This document shows, in pieces, positions 23,904-34,945 of a stretch of DNA of 64,000 bases (the first letter of the stretch is position 1; every line of letters begins with the position of its first letter). The stretch spans positions 496,001 through 560,000 of the forward strand of contig JAWMAR010000632.1 in the NCBI GenBank assembly GCA_036785375.1, given 5' to 3'. The DNA is from Leucoraja ocellata. Taxonomy: Eukaryota. Made by a program: the position numbers and the translations under genes. The notes beneath the pieces are model-generated. The model worked only from the letters and a program-made list of their open reading frames with translations, did no database searches and had not been told where the DNA came from.

Positions 23904-24344
23904 TACATATGCCAATTCAGCACTCTTGACTTTCTGCACCTGAAAACAGATCAACTCCACAAAAGCTGATGGTGAGCAGGTTTAGTCTAGATTTTCCTGC
24001 CAATTGTCAATGCACTTGCTCTAGTTCTCTCTAAGTTACAAGTGGTGCTCGTTGCAACTATTAGTTTTAATAAGAGAACATAGGCAGCAGAAATGATGAG
24101 GCTAGTGAACAGGGAGATCAACATAGCCAAGTCTCTTCAAACCCTGACCAGTGTTCAATGAATGTTGACTTTCTGGCAGTACCATTGACAACAATCAAAA
24201 GCTGAAACTCTGTCTGATTGTCACCTTTGCCCACATACCCTGCATTTCCATGCTCGCCTCCTTTTCTGGGCACATTGCTGTTAACTATCATTAGCTGAAA
24301 TAAGTCTATTCATTGGGAATCGTGGACTGATTCTGGACCTTAAC

Positions 24345-24776
24345 CGGTGGCACAGCAGTTAACACTCTACCAACCCCCTAGATTCAATCTTGACTCAGGT
24401 GCTGTCTTTGTGGGGTTTCCACTTTCTGGCTTTGACCGTGTGGGTTTCCCCCTAGGGTGGTCCAATTTCCTCCCACATCCCAGAGGGATTTAATTTAGTT
24501 TAGTTTAGTTCAGAGATACAGCGTGGAAACGGACCCTTTGGCCCACCGAGTCCTCGTCAACCATTACTCATTAGTTTTATCCTGCACACTTGGAACAATT
24601 TTACAGAAGCCAATTAAGCTGCCTGTCTTTGGAACGTGGAAGGAAACCGGAGCACCCAGAGTAAACCGACAAGGAGAGAGTACAAACTCTGTACAGACAG
24701 CACCCGTAGTCGGGATCAAACCCATGTCTCTACGCTGTAAAGCAGCAATTCTACCGCTGCACCACTGTGCCGCCCC
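24345..24776. mobile_element. Two HE1-like SINE pieces (+ 24345-24485; - 24494-24776)
   Basis: SINE head and V-domain on plus strand; near-full copy on minus strand. Confidence 0.8.
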
Positions 24777-25060
24777 AATATGGTTTAGTATTTTAATTGG
24801 CTGTTATAAAATACACACTGTGCAGGAAGGCGTGAGGAATAAGAGGGGGAGATGATGGACAAATGTGGCGGAACAGGTTACTGGAAAACAAATTGGAAAA
24901 TTGAATTGCTATGAAAGTATTTGCCACATTTGAGGACCGGTAACAACAAATTAAAATATTCGTCTTCCAAATACTCAATAAGCACCTCACACAAAAAAAA
25001 GTTTTGCTTCTCAAATCTGCAGTCTTCCTCAACGTTAGAGGCATTACATTGTTTGATAGA

Positions 25061-25205
25061 CAGTCTGAAGAACGGTCTCAATCCGAAATGTCACCCACTC
25101 CTTCTCTCCAGAGATGCTGCCTGTCCTGCTGATGCTGCCTGTCCTACTCCAGCATTTTGTGCTTATCTTCGCTTTAAAGCAGCACCTGCAGCTCCTTCCT
25201 ACGCA
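25061..25205 (+). mobile_element. Penelope pLTR with hammerhead remnant
   Basis: cagtctgaagaacggtctcaatccgaaatgtcacc...gatgctgcctgtcct (duplicated). Confidence 0.75.
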
Positions 25206-26449
25206 TTACATTGTTAATAGGATATGAAAAAAAAACATTTTAATTTTAAAAATAGCAATGATTTTTAATGAACCATATTCTTATCGAGCCCTAATCAACT
25301 TAAAATTGCTCGAATCAGCTTTGGCAGAGAGGTTTGTTATGAAAAAGACAGAAAAACAGTGTTTTTGTTTTGGCTGGGCATTTTATCATTTTAAATATGG
25401 TAATATTATAGTAAATGGGGTTTCCTGTTTAACATATTAAAAAAAAAGACAGCTTTCAACTAAGTTTCTTTCTACTGCGTTGCACTAAGAAGTAAATTTG
25501 CGTGTTTCACTGACTCATTGAACTGTAGATCACGTACGGTTTATTTGCACAGATTCTTAATTTAAAATAAATTGGCTTTTCTACACTTCATTATGCAAAT
25601 AGTGGTCAGAGGTTGGAGATGAATAGAAAAACACTATTAGTCAGCCTTTTGTGGAAAAGTAATGGAGACATTTGCTTGTCGCAATATTCTGTTTCCGTAG
25701 ACTTTGTTCTTTTCTGTTGCAACCTGCAAATTCAGCCAACAATGATGGTAATATTATAGAATGTAATTTTACTTTGTAATATAAATGTAATATTTGAGAT
25801 TGATGCCCTGACTTATTTTTTTGGAACAATCCCTTCCTCAGACTGAAAGAAGAAGGGTTCCGACCTAAAAGATCACCTGTTCCATTTCTCCAGAGATGCT
25901 ACCTGACCTGCTGAGTTACTCCAGCATTTTATGTCTGTGCTAAAAATGTACCTGGAAGTCATTACAGGAGGGAGACTGAAGCAAATAAACCACATGATTA
26001 GTTTTCATCTGAGAGATAATAGCAATATTGTTGTGGAAAAACACTCTGTACTTCAGCTGGCATTTACTTAGTGAAATGAGATTTTCATCAAAAACATCTC
26101 CTTTTGATCAAATGAAGGTCATTCAGTGCAAATATCTCAGTCACTTGCAACCATCTGCCAGTACAATTCACCAGAAAAATTATGGACAATTTTGGAAATT
26201 TAGATCAGATACTAATGCAGCAATGAGAACCCCCCCCCCCCCCCCCCACCCCCCCGCCCCGCCCACCCACCCCAAATACTTGAAAGATTGCACATTAAGT
26301 TTCCCTTTAAAGAAGATCCAGCTATCTCAGATACTTTTCATCCTTCATTTCAAATGTCGGAGCATTACAGATGAGTACATTTTGACGTGCATAGTTTGGA
26401 GAGCAAGATGCCTTCTGGGTGATTTCTCCTGGCTGCAAAGCTTTTAAAT

Positions 26450-26610
26450 GGCTTTAGAATGTGGGAGGAAACCGCAGCTCCCAGAGAAAACCCACGGGGT
26501 CACATGGAGAACTTCCAAACTCCGTACAAACTGCACCCGTAGTCAGGATCGAATGTGGGAATCTGTTGCTGTAAGGCAGCAACTCTACCACTGCACCAGT
26601 GTGCCGCCCC
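26450..26610 (-). mobile_element. HE1-like SINE 5' half
   Basis: gtgggaggaaaccgcagctcccagagaaaacccacggggtcac...gtgccgccc. Confidence 0.85.
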
Positions 26611-27099
26611 TAATTAATTCAATTAATATCATTAATTTAACCCCTAATTAATCTCACTGAAGCTTTATTCTCAGGAGCTACTGCCAGGCATTGACAATGT
26701 GAAATGAATTGTTGAATCTATTTTAATAATTCAAATATGCTGACTTGGTAATTTTGCCATTTCCTTAGATAAAAAAAGGTCAAGATTGCAATACTTGTCA
26801 AAATTTAAGTTGCATCAATCACTCATAAGAGGACTATAAACAGCGGTTTGAAATTATAATGAGAGTTGTGGTTTTGATTTGAATGGAAGTGGACACTTCA
26901 GCAAGAGGAGCACAATTTTGCAATCCATGTCCCGGACGCTTGTTGCAAACATAAAAAAAAAAACCTCCCTGACATGCAGAAGAGGACAATGACAGAGAGG
27001 AATTTATATTTTGGTTCAATAAAAGCAGGAAAAAGATACAGGAATGATATTAAGCAGGTGAATGTTTTATTTCCTTAATTAAAAGTTGTACTCCCTGTT

Positions 27100-27675
27100 T
27101 GCAAAAGGTGATGAACACTGCCCAGTCCATCACTCCTAAGAGGACTATAGGCATTGGCTTGAAATTATAATGAGCTTTGTTTTGATTTTCAAGGAAGTGA
27201 ACACTTCAGCAACAGGAACACATTTTTGCAATACGTGTTCCAAGCGCTTATTGCAAACACTCAAGCAGAAAACCACGCACCATTGAAGGGATCGACAAGA
27301 GTCTCTGCCTCACAAAGGCAGCCAGCATCATCAGAGACCCACACCACCCTGGCCATGTACTCATTTCACTCCTGCCATTGGGAAGAAGTTATAGGAGTCT
27401 GAAAACTGTAACATCCTGATTCAGGAACAGCTTCTTCCCAACAACCAGGCTATTAAACACTACAACCTCCAAATCGGCTCTGACCTAAATAGACTCATTA
27501 TTTTTGACTTTGCACTATCATAGTTAATTTATTTGTCTGTCTATTTTATACATATGCACTAAACTTAAAAAAAAAAATATGGATTTTACAGAGTGCTATG
27601 TTTCCATATCTGTGCTGCGGCAAGTAGGAATTTCATTGTTCCGTTTTGGGACATATGACAATAAAACACTCTTGA
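27100..27675 (+). mobile_element. Rex1/Babar LINE 3' fragment interrupted by a local templated copy
   Basis: QKVMNTAQSI | insert | TIEGI..CLTKAASIIRDPHHPGH..LLPLGRSYRSLK; tail catatgacaataaaacactcttgac. Confidence 0.8.
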
Positions 27676-28036
27676 CGACTTCAAACTCATCTCTTTCTAA
27701 TTCAACTACCAGCACAAGACACATCAGTCCAAATCAAAGAAAATGGGTGACAGATTTGTCCTGTGACCTTTACTAATATTTTCCCAGTGAGGAAATGTTT
27801 CACTTCTGTTCACAAGAACAAAGCATTTTCATTTATATCTGCCCAAGGCACTGCTGTGCTTTTAGATTTGCTTTGGAGAAAATTGGGCCACTTCTGAAAG
27901 AGGGAATGTTAAATTATTACCTTTCGTGTAATCTTCATTCATCAGCCTGGACTGAGAGTGACAATAAATTTAAGGGTGTAGCACAAAGCAAACTCCCCCT
28001 CTATCTGAAATATGCACCACCCAGCATGTTCATAAA

Positions 28037-28400
28037 TCATTGGAGCAGAATTAGGCCATTCGGCTCTTTGAGTCTACTCCACCATTCAATCATGACTGAT
28101 CTATCTTTCCCTCTCAACCCCATTCTCCTGCCTTCTCCCTTACTAATCATGAACCCTACAATCTCCCCTTTAAAACTAACCAAAGAGTTGGCCTCGAAAG
28201 CCGTCTGTAGCAATGAATCCACAGATTCACCGAAAGAAACAGTTAGACAGGTACATGGATAGGACAGGTTTGGAGGGATATGGACCAAGCACAGGCAAGT
28301 GGGACTAGTGTAGCTGGTGTGGGCAAGTTGGGTCGAAGGGCCTGTTTTCACACTGTATCACTCTACGGCTCTATGACCCTCTGACTAAACAAATTCCAGC
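28037..28400. mobile_element. CR1 3' fragment (-) with nested CR1-type tail (+, ~28235-28375)
   Basis: ccacagattcacc | insert | accctctgactaaac continuity. Confidence 0.7.
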
Positions 28401-29669
28401 AACAGTTGTTAGACAGCGGTACAAAAAATGAATCCTCCTAAATTCTACTTCCTAATTTCCACCCAGTGCCCTGCTAATTCAGGATAGATAAAGATTCAAA
28501 CTAAAGTTGTTTTTGGTGGATTAAGTGGAGAAAACCTTACATTTATACTTCTGGCCCCTCGTCTCTCAGATGTACATCATAGTTACACAATAATTAAGAG
28601 GTTAAATAGATTTACGGTTTTTCATTGGAGCAATGTACTCCAATTACTGTATGGGCAAGATAAATGTTCAGTTGTTTTAGGTGGCATCTTACTTTTAATA
28701 TGTCATTTAAAAGATGACACTCATGGAAAATAACACTGCTTCAAGGCATGCACTGAAAGTGCTGGACAGAAAATCCTGGGTGAGGAGTTCAAATTACTTT
28801 GTATTCAGAAATTTGAAGGCTCCAAACTGAGTCCGTTTGATAGCTACAAGATCATTTTATAAAGATATGTCCCTTTTAGGAGTCCTTGGGAACTAACAGT
28901 TCGAGGCTAAGTTGCCCTTTTTTCAATGTATACTGGTTGACTAAATCTTTGAATTGCACAAAACTTTCCCTGTGAACTTTGTTCAACCAAAAGTTTGATG
29001 TTATTTGAAGTAAAATCCCCACTATTTATTCACAGCAGCAAATTGTGCCACCTAACCCTCAAAAACTATATTTCACACTGTTCAGACCCAATTTCAACCT
29101 TTATTTCGTACTGTTAAAATTCATAACACTATTGTAGGCAGCTCATTTTACAGTTCACACAATAATAGGCACTAGTCAATGCAGCGAACTGTTTTATTAT
29201 CTTAGATTGGGATGATGGGCCACCTTCTGAATGGAAATAGCTTATCAAGTGCAATGGAGGATCATCTTAGCAACATTACCAGCAATACAGAAAATGAACT
29301 GAATACATTTCTGTCGCTAATAAAATATGTCAAGGGGCCTTAAGGTGACATTCGCCACCTAAGTTTCAATTAATCACTCTCTTTCCACACAATGTGGGTG
29401 AAATACCGAAACAAAACAAATGATCTTTCAGCATACGAAGCATAATTTTGGTTTTACATTCACAAACATTAAAGCAAATCACCTAGCCTTTCTACTTGAA
29501 ATGCAATGATGCATGGGTGTGCATAACCCTGACATTACCATCACTGCACTTTGTTTAATTATTATATTTGAATTCACTTTTACAATATGAAGCATTTGGG
29601 AAAAGTTCTGAAACCTGGGCTTAATTCAGTTAATTCAAATTGAGCGTGTCCTTCTTCTGCAACACGTTT

Positions 29670-30020
29670 GATAGCATAGGGAATAGATAGGGTAAATGCA
29701 CGGAGCCTTTTACTCAGAGTAGGGGAATCAAATACCCGAGGACGTAAGTTTAAGGTGAGGGGGGAATGATTTGATCGGAACTTCAGGTGCTATTTTTTTA
29801 CAGAAAGGATGGTAGGTATATGGAACGAGCTGCTAGAGGAGGTTATTGTGGTAGGTACCATCACAATGTTTAAAAAACATTTTGACATGTACATAGATTG
29901 GATTATTTTAGAGGGAGATGAGTCAAATGCAGGCAGTTGGGACTAATGTAGATGGGGCATGTTGTCGGCGTGGGCAAGTTGGGCCAAAGGGCCTATTTCC
30001 ATGCAGTATGATTCTATGAA
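29670..30020 (+). mobile_element. CR1/HER1-like LINE 3' fragment
   Basis: atagatagggtaaatgcacggagcc..tggaacgagctgctagaggag..gggccaaagggcctatttcc. Confidence 0.8.
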
Positions 30021-31114
30021 GAAAGTTAATACGAGGAGCATGTCTTCAATACATACACAACTGCACCTTCATTTTTTTTTTTCATGGACTCAGATCAGGG
30101 CTGAAGTCTCAAGAAACGATAGAGGGTAAAAGATGCATGGAGTCTAGCAAGGGAAGACATTTCCATAACTTTCCAAGAACTTACGGCAGGGAAATCAATC
30201 CATTGGATCCTACACTAAACACGTTGACTGCAAAGTGAAGAAATGGTTGTCGACAGAAGCTTGGGGTAATTTATTTTTCATTGTTTTACTTTGGCTGCTT
30301 TTTTGAATTTATTTGTGTCCACTATCCTCAGCTTTGCTTTCGACCAGGGACATTTTAGAGACAGAATCTTCTCACTGCCTGCTGCCCAGTTGCCATCCTA
30401 TTCTACTAGGCTTGATGATGCAGATAAACAATGGGAAGGCCCCTCGTAATCTGGCCCAAGTAACTCAGTGCCCTGACTGGCAAATCCCAACAGGAATCAG
30501 GGCATAATGATCCAGTGAACAGGAACATTAGGAGAGTGCAGATTGAAAGATGGTCATAAAAAAAAAAAAATCATAGATCAGAGATTTAACTTTTGCAAAT
30601 CTCTTCATGTTCAATTAATTAAATGATTTAAAAAAATTGTTGTGGCCATTGTTCTAGAAACATAGAAAATAAAAAAAATAGGTGCAGGAGGAGGCCATTC
30701 GGCCGCTCGAGCCAGCAATAGTGGGAATCACAGTGGTGATTTTCAACACAACAAAATTGTGCAAAACACAAAGGGCTGGAATAACTCAGCAGGTCAGGCA
30801 GCAACAGTGGGGGGAATGAATAGGCAATGTTTTGGGTGGGACTGTTCAGACGTGCAAACATCATGCATAATTCATGCAATTATCTGATTACAATGTGGTT
30901 CATGGAAGGAGGTCAATTTGCATGCATCCTTCTCATGTAGGTTACCAATGCAGCTAATTGGTCAGTTTTAGCTATTTCCTCTCTATTTCACTTGTATTTC
31001 AAAGTCTTGATATCTCTTAACACAATGAAACCTATACAATCTGATGTAAAAAACAAACTATCCAATAATAACCAGATTCGCTTGCGCAAAAACCAGCATC
31101 TTAAACATTACTTA

Positions 31115-31405
31115 AGGGCGGCACAATGGCGCACTGGTAGAGTTGATGCCTTACTGCGTCAGAGAACCGGGTTCCATTCTGACTACGGGTGCTTCCATTT
31201 TGGAGATTGTACGCTCTCCCTGTGACCACGTACATTTTCTCTGGGTGCTCCCGTGTCCTCCCACATTCCAAAGTCGTGCAGGTCTGTCGGTTAACTTGCT
31301 TCTGTAAATCGTCTCTAGCGTGCAGGATAGAACGAGTGTACGCGGTGACGGCTGGTTTGCGCGGACTTGGTGGGCTAAGGGGCCTGTTTCCAATAAACTA
31401 AAGTA
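31115..31405 (+). mobile_element. HE1-like SINE
   Basis: gggcggcacaatggcgcactggtagagttg head to aaactaaag tail. Confidence 0.85.
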
Positions 31406-31994
31406 TCCCAAAGCATTTTATCAAACAAAATTTGACTTTGAACATTTATAAGAAATATTAATGATGGCAGGCTCGAAGGGGCAACTTTAAAACGAGTGTT
31501 GAGGTAGAGAAATTGAAGGAGATATATGTTTGAAGAAGGAGGTAATCATATTTTAATGGTATCTGACATTTGGCCTTTATTAAGGGGAACTAAACTTTAA
31601 TCCCGGGAGAATTTTCTTTCTTATTCATTGTATTAATCAAATCTTTCAGCTCATTTTGCTAATGTCTTGCATCGTTCCTGAAATTATCACATAAAACTTT
31701 TGGCCCGAGGCATTTTTCTTCTTCCTCATTCTTACGGCAACATCAAACTAAGAAACTGCACTACAATCACAGCCAGGTCACTCATCTGTATCCGAGAATA
31801 CAAATGACAAAAATGAAAGTAGGAATAATGAATTCTTGCTTTTGGAAAATGATCCTCTTCGAAACATTATTTTTAATCACTATACCATTTGGTTTGAAAT
31901 GTACTTCTATTGAATTTATTAACTCCACCATCATCAAGAGGCTGGTCATGATGCACATTAACTCCAACTGTGCAGACTTGGCTTGATTTACTAC

Positions 31995-32285
31995 ATTATT
32001 ATAGGTCCACAGCAGACGCCATCTCCCCGGCCTCCACACTCATCTCTGGAATGCCTGGATAATAAGGACATCTATGTCGGACTATGATTTTTTGTCTATA
32101 GCTCAATTTTCAACACCATAGCTCCAACCAAATGTATCTCCCAACTCCTGGAAATTAGACTCAGCACCCCGTCGACAAATAGATCCTTGACTTCCTGAAC
32201 TTCAACCCTCATTTAGAAAGGGTAGGGAACAGCTACTTTTCCACAGTAATTCTCAATACCAGTGCCCTGGAAGGCTGTATAATCA
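31995..32285 (+). mobile_element. Old Rex1/Babar RT-region fragment
   Basis: Degenerate ST.DAISP.LH.SLECLDNKD.YV.L.F..YSS.FNTI.P. Confidence 0.65.
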
Positions 32286-33584
32286 GATCCTCAGTATATC
32301 ATGTTCATTAGGGATAGATGCAGATTTAGGACATTCAGCTCATAAAGTCTACTCCACCATTCATTCAAGGCTGATCTATCTTTCCCTCTCAAGCTGGAGA
32401 TCCCGCAGAAAATTAACAGATCATGGTGAGATCGATAGAGCTCCATATGGATAGCGCCCATTGTCAATATTGAACCCGGGTCCCTGGTGCTGTGGGCAGC
32501 AACTCGATCACTGCGCCACTGTGCCGCCCTCAGGCAGATCCTACCGCTCCTTCGACAGGTGACGTTATCTCTTGCCATTGGATTGGCGAGTGTGTTGATG
32601 GTGTCATTGATCATTTAGAGGCATTGGCGCCTAACATCCAGGGTCTTGAATCATTTGCTGTTGCAGTGCTTCAAACCCACCTGGTACCCGCGGGTATCTT
32701 TATTGGGAATTCAAAACCAATTCGGGTAGGGGTGGTGGGTGGGGTAATAGTGTGGGAATAAACAGGCACAAGAGAACAAAGTTCCTTTGTTTGCTGGAGC
32801 CACTTAACAGGTCAGGCAGCATCTCTGGAGAAAAAGGATGGAGGTCATTTTGGGTCGGGACCCTGAACCTGAAGAAGGATGTCACCTATCCATGTTCTCC
32901 AGAGATGCTGCCAAACTCATTGAGGTACACCACCACTTTGTGTCTATCTGCAGTGCCCTGTTTCTGCCAGACTCTCTTTGTTAATGAGATACTAGTGAAT
33001 GTGTCCTTTTCCCCCTTGTCCAAGATTAAATTTGCTGAACAGATTATAACAAATACTTTAAATCTGCTTGTGAATATTGAGTAGAACTGGGTCAGATATA
33101 TAGGAATATGACAAGACCAGGACTCTGGTGGCAAGAAATAGCATGGAATATTGTGCATGAGAAAAAATCCCAAAAGGAATATAATGGTATCGTATTTTGA
33201 AGGATTGTGCAATTTTATACCCAGATACTGATTGATTAGAACATAAAGTAAAAGCATAAAATACTTGATTGAACATCCATTATGTAAAAGTTTCAGTCAG
33301 CATGGCAGCTAGACAAAATTAATGTCAATGTAATACAATCTGGCAAACAGCCTTTGCTTTACTGAAAAATTCAATATACTACACTATTGTCTTATACTGT
33401 GGGTGCTTTGTCTAAAAGAGATACCGGCGAGGTTTATCATATGTACAGAGCTGAATGTCTGGTGTAACTGTGACTGGAAATTATGAGCTCCTACCATTTA
33501 ATTATATCTTGCCGACCAAGGCTATTTACTTCAGAAAAATATTGTTTTTATTTCAATGATTCTCAGCCCTCAACAGAATTGTGA

Positions 33585-34120
33585 TACAAGAGACTGCAGA
33601 TGCTGAATATTGTGGAGAAAAAAAAAAAAGTGTTGGAGATACATTGCGGGTCAGGCTACATTTGTGGAGGGAATAGACTCCTGGGTCACTGTTGCATCCA
33701 AGGACCCAAACAGTCTTTGCAGGTGGGGCAGAGGTTCACTTGCACCTCCTCCAACCTCATCTAGTGTATCCGCTGTTCCAGGTGTCAACATCTCTACATC
33801 GGCAAGACCCTAGCGTAGGCTTGGCGATCGTTTCACTGAACACCTACGCTCAGTCCGTCTTAACCTATCTGATCTCCCAGTGGCTCAGCACTTCAAATCT
33901 CCCTCCCATTTGCAATCTTACCTTTCTGTCCTGAGACTCCTCCATTGTCAGAGTGAGGCCAGCGCAAATTGGAGGAACAGCACCTCATATTTCGCTTGGG
34001 TACTCGACCCAAAACGTCGGCCATTCCTTCTCTCCAGAGATGCTGCCTGTCCTGCTGAGTTACTCCAGCATTTTGTGTCTGCCTTCGATTTAAACCAGCA
34101 TCTGCAGTTCTTTCTCGCAC
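33585..34120 (+). mobile_element. Penelope-like (Neptune-type) GIY-YIG endonuclease pseudogene with pLTR and upstream inverted pLTR end
   Basis: QRFTCTSSNLI*CIRCSRCQHLYIGKT..RLGDRFTEHLRSV ... KLEEQHLIFRLG; cccaaaacgtc hammerhead remnant. Confidence 0.85.
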
Positions 34121-34429
34121 CTATTATTTCAATTCTATTTTCACAAATGCAACTTCTCACTCCTGGAATTATTCAACTAAATCTACATGAAGGACTCATG
34201 CTGATACAATGTTTTCTCTACAGTGGTGTGCATGAAATGTTATTCACTACTATTATTAGAACCTAACTGATAGATCAAATCATGCTTGATATGGCAACAT
34301 TCAGGCATTTGAATGGAAGACTACACTTTATCCACATGTACAGAGACTGCAGGATGTCAAATGGAACACTACAGTAGAATCCAGGTTTGCCTGGTGTCAC
34401 GCTCACAATCACTCTGACAGACTTCAGAC

Positions 34430-34945
34430 TAAAGAGATGCAACTTGTCTCCAATGAGTCTTACCAACCTCTGCACATGCACTGTAAAAAGCCTCACATTG
34501 GGATGCATCACAGCTTGGTTTGGCAACAGCTCTGCCCAAGACTGAGAGTTGTGCAGAGAGTTGTGGATGTAGCCCAGAACACCACACACACAAACACATG
34601 GCAACAGAATTAACAAGCTCATCAGGAAGGCTGGCTCCATCCTGGAAGTGGAGTTGGATTCACTGGAGATGGTCTTGGAGGGAAGGATGCTCCTCTAACT
34701 GTGGCGCACCTGGGAGAGTACAGCTCACCCCCTCCATGACACACTGGTCAACCTGAGGAGCACCTTCAGCAACAGAACACCACAGGAGATTATTTCCCCC
34801 TGTGGCTATTTGCCCCCCTCCCCCCTCCCCCCCAGTCTTTGCACATCCCCAATCCTTTCCACTTGTCATTTTATGTTAATGTTCCGTGTATCTTGTTATG
34901 TTTTTATGACTGTTGGCAGACCTATTTCCCTCCTGGGATCAATAA
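34430..34945 (+). mobile_element. Two older Rex1/Babar-type 3' fragments
   Basis: GCITAWFGNSSAQD..QRVV; NKLIRKAGSILEVELDSLE..HPLHDTLVNLRSTFSNR; tail tttccctcctgggatcaataa. Confidence 0.7.

Noticed and set aside
31736-31785. Minus-strand exon-like segment MSDLAVIVVQFLSLMLP; similar weak candidates near 11794-11840, 55453-55507 and 55672-55760
   Set aside because: Cannot be assembled into a recognisable protein; unsupported without RNA data
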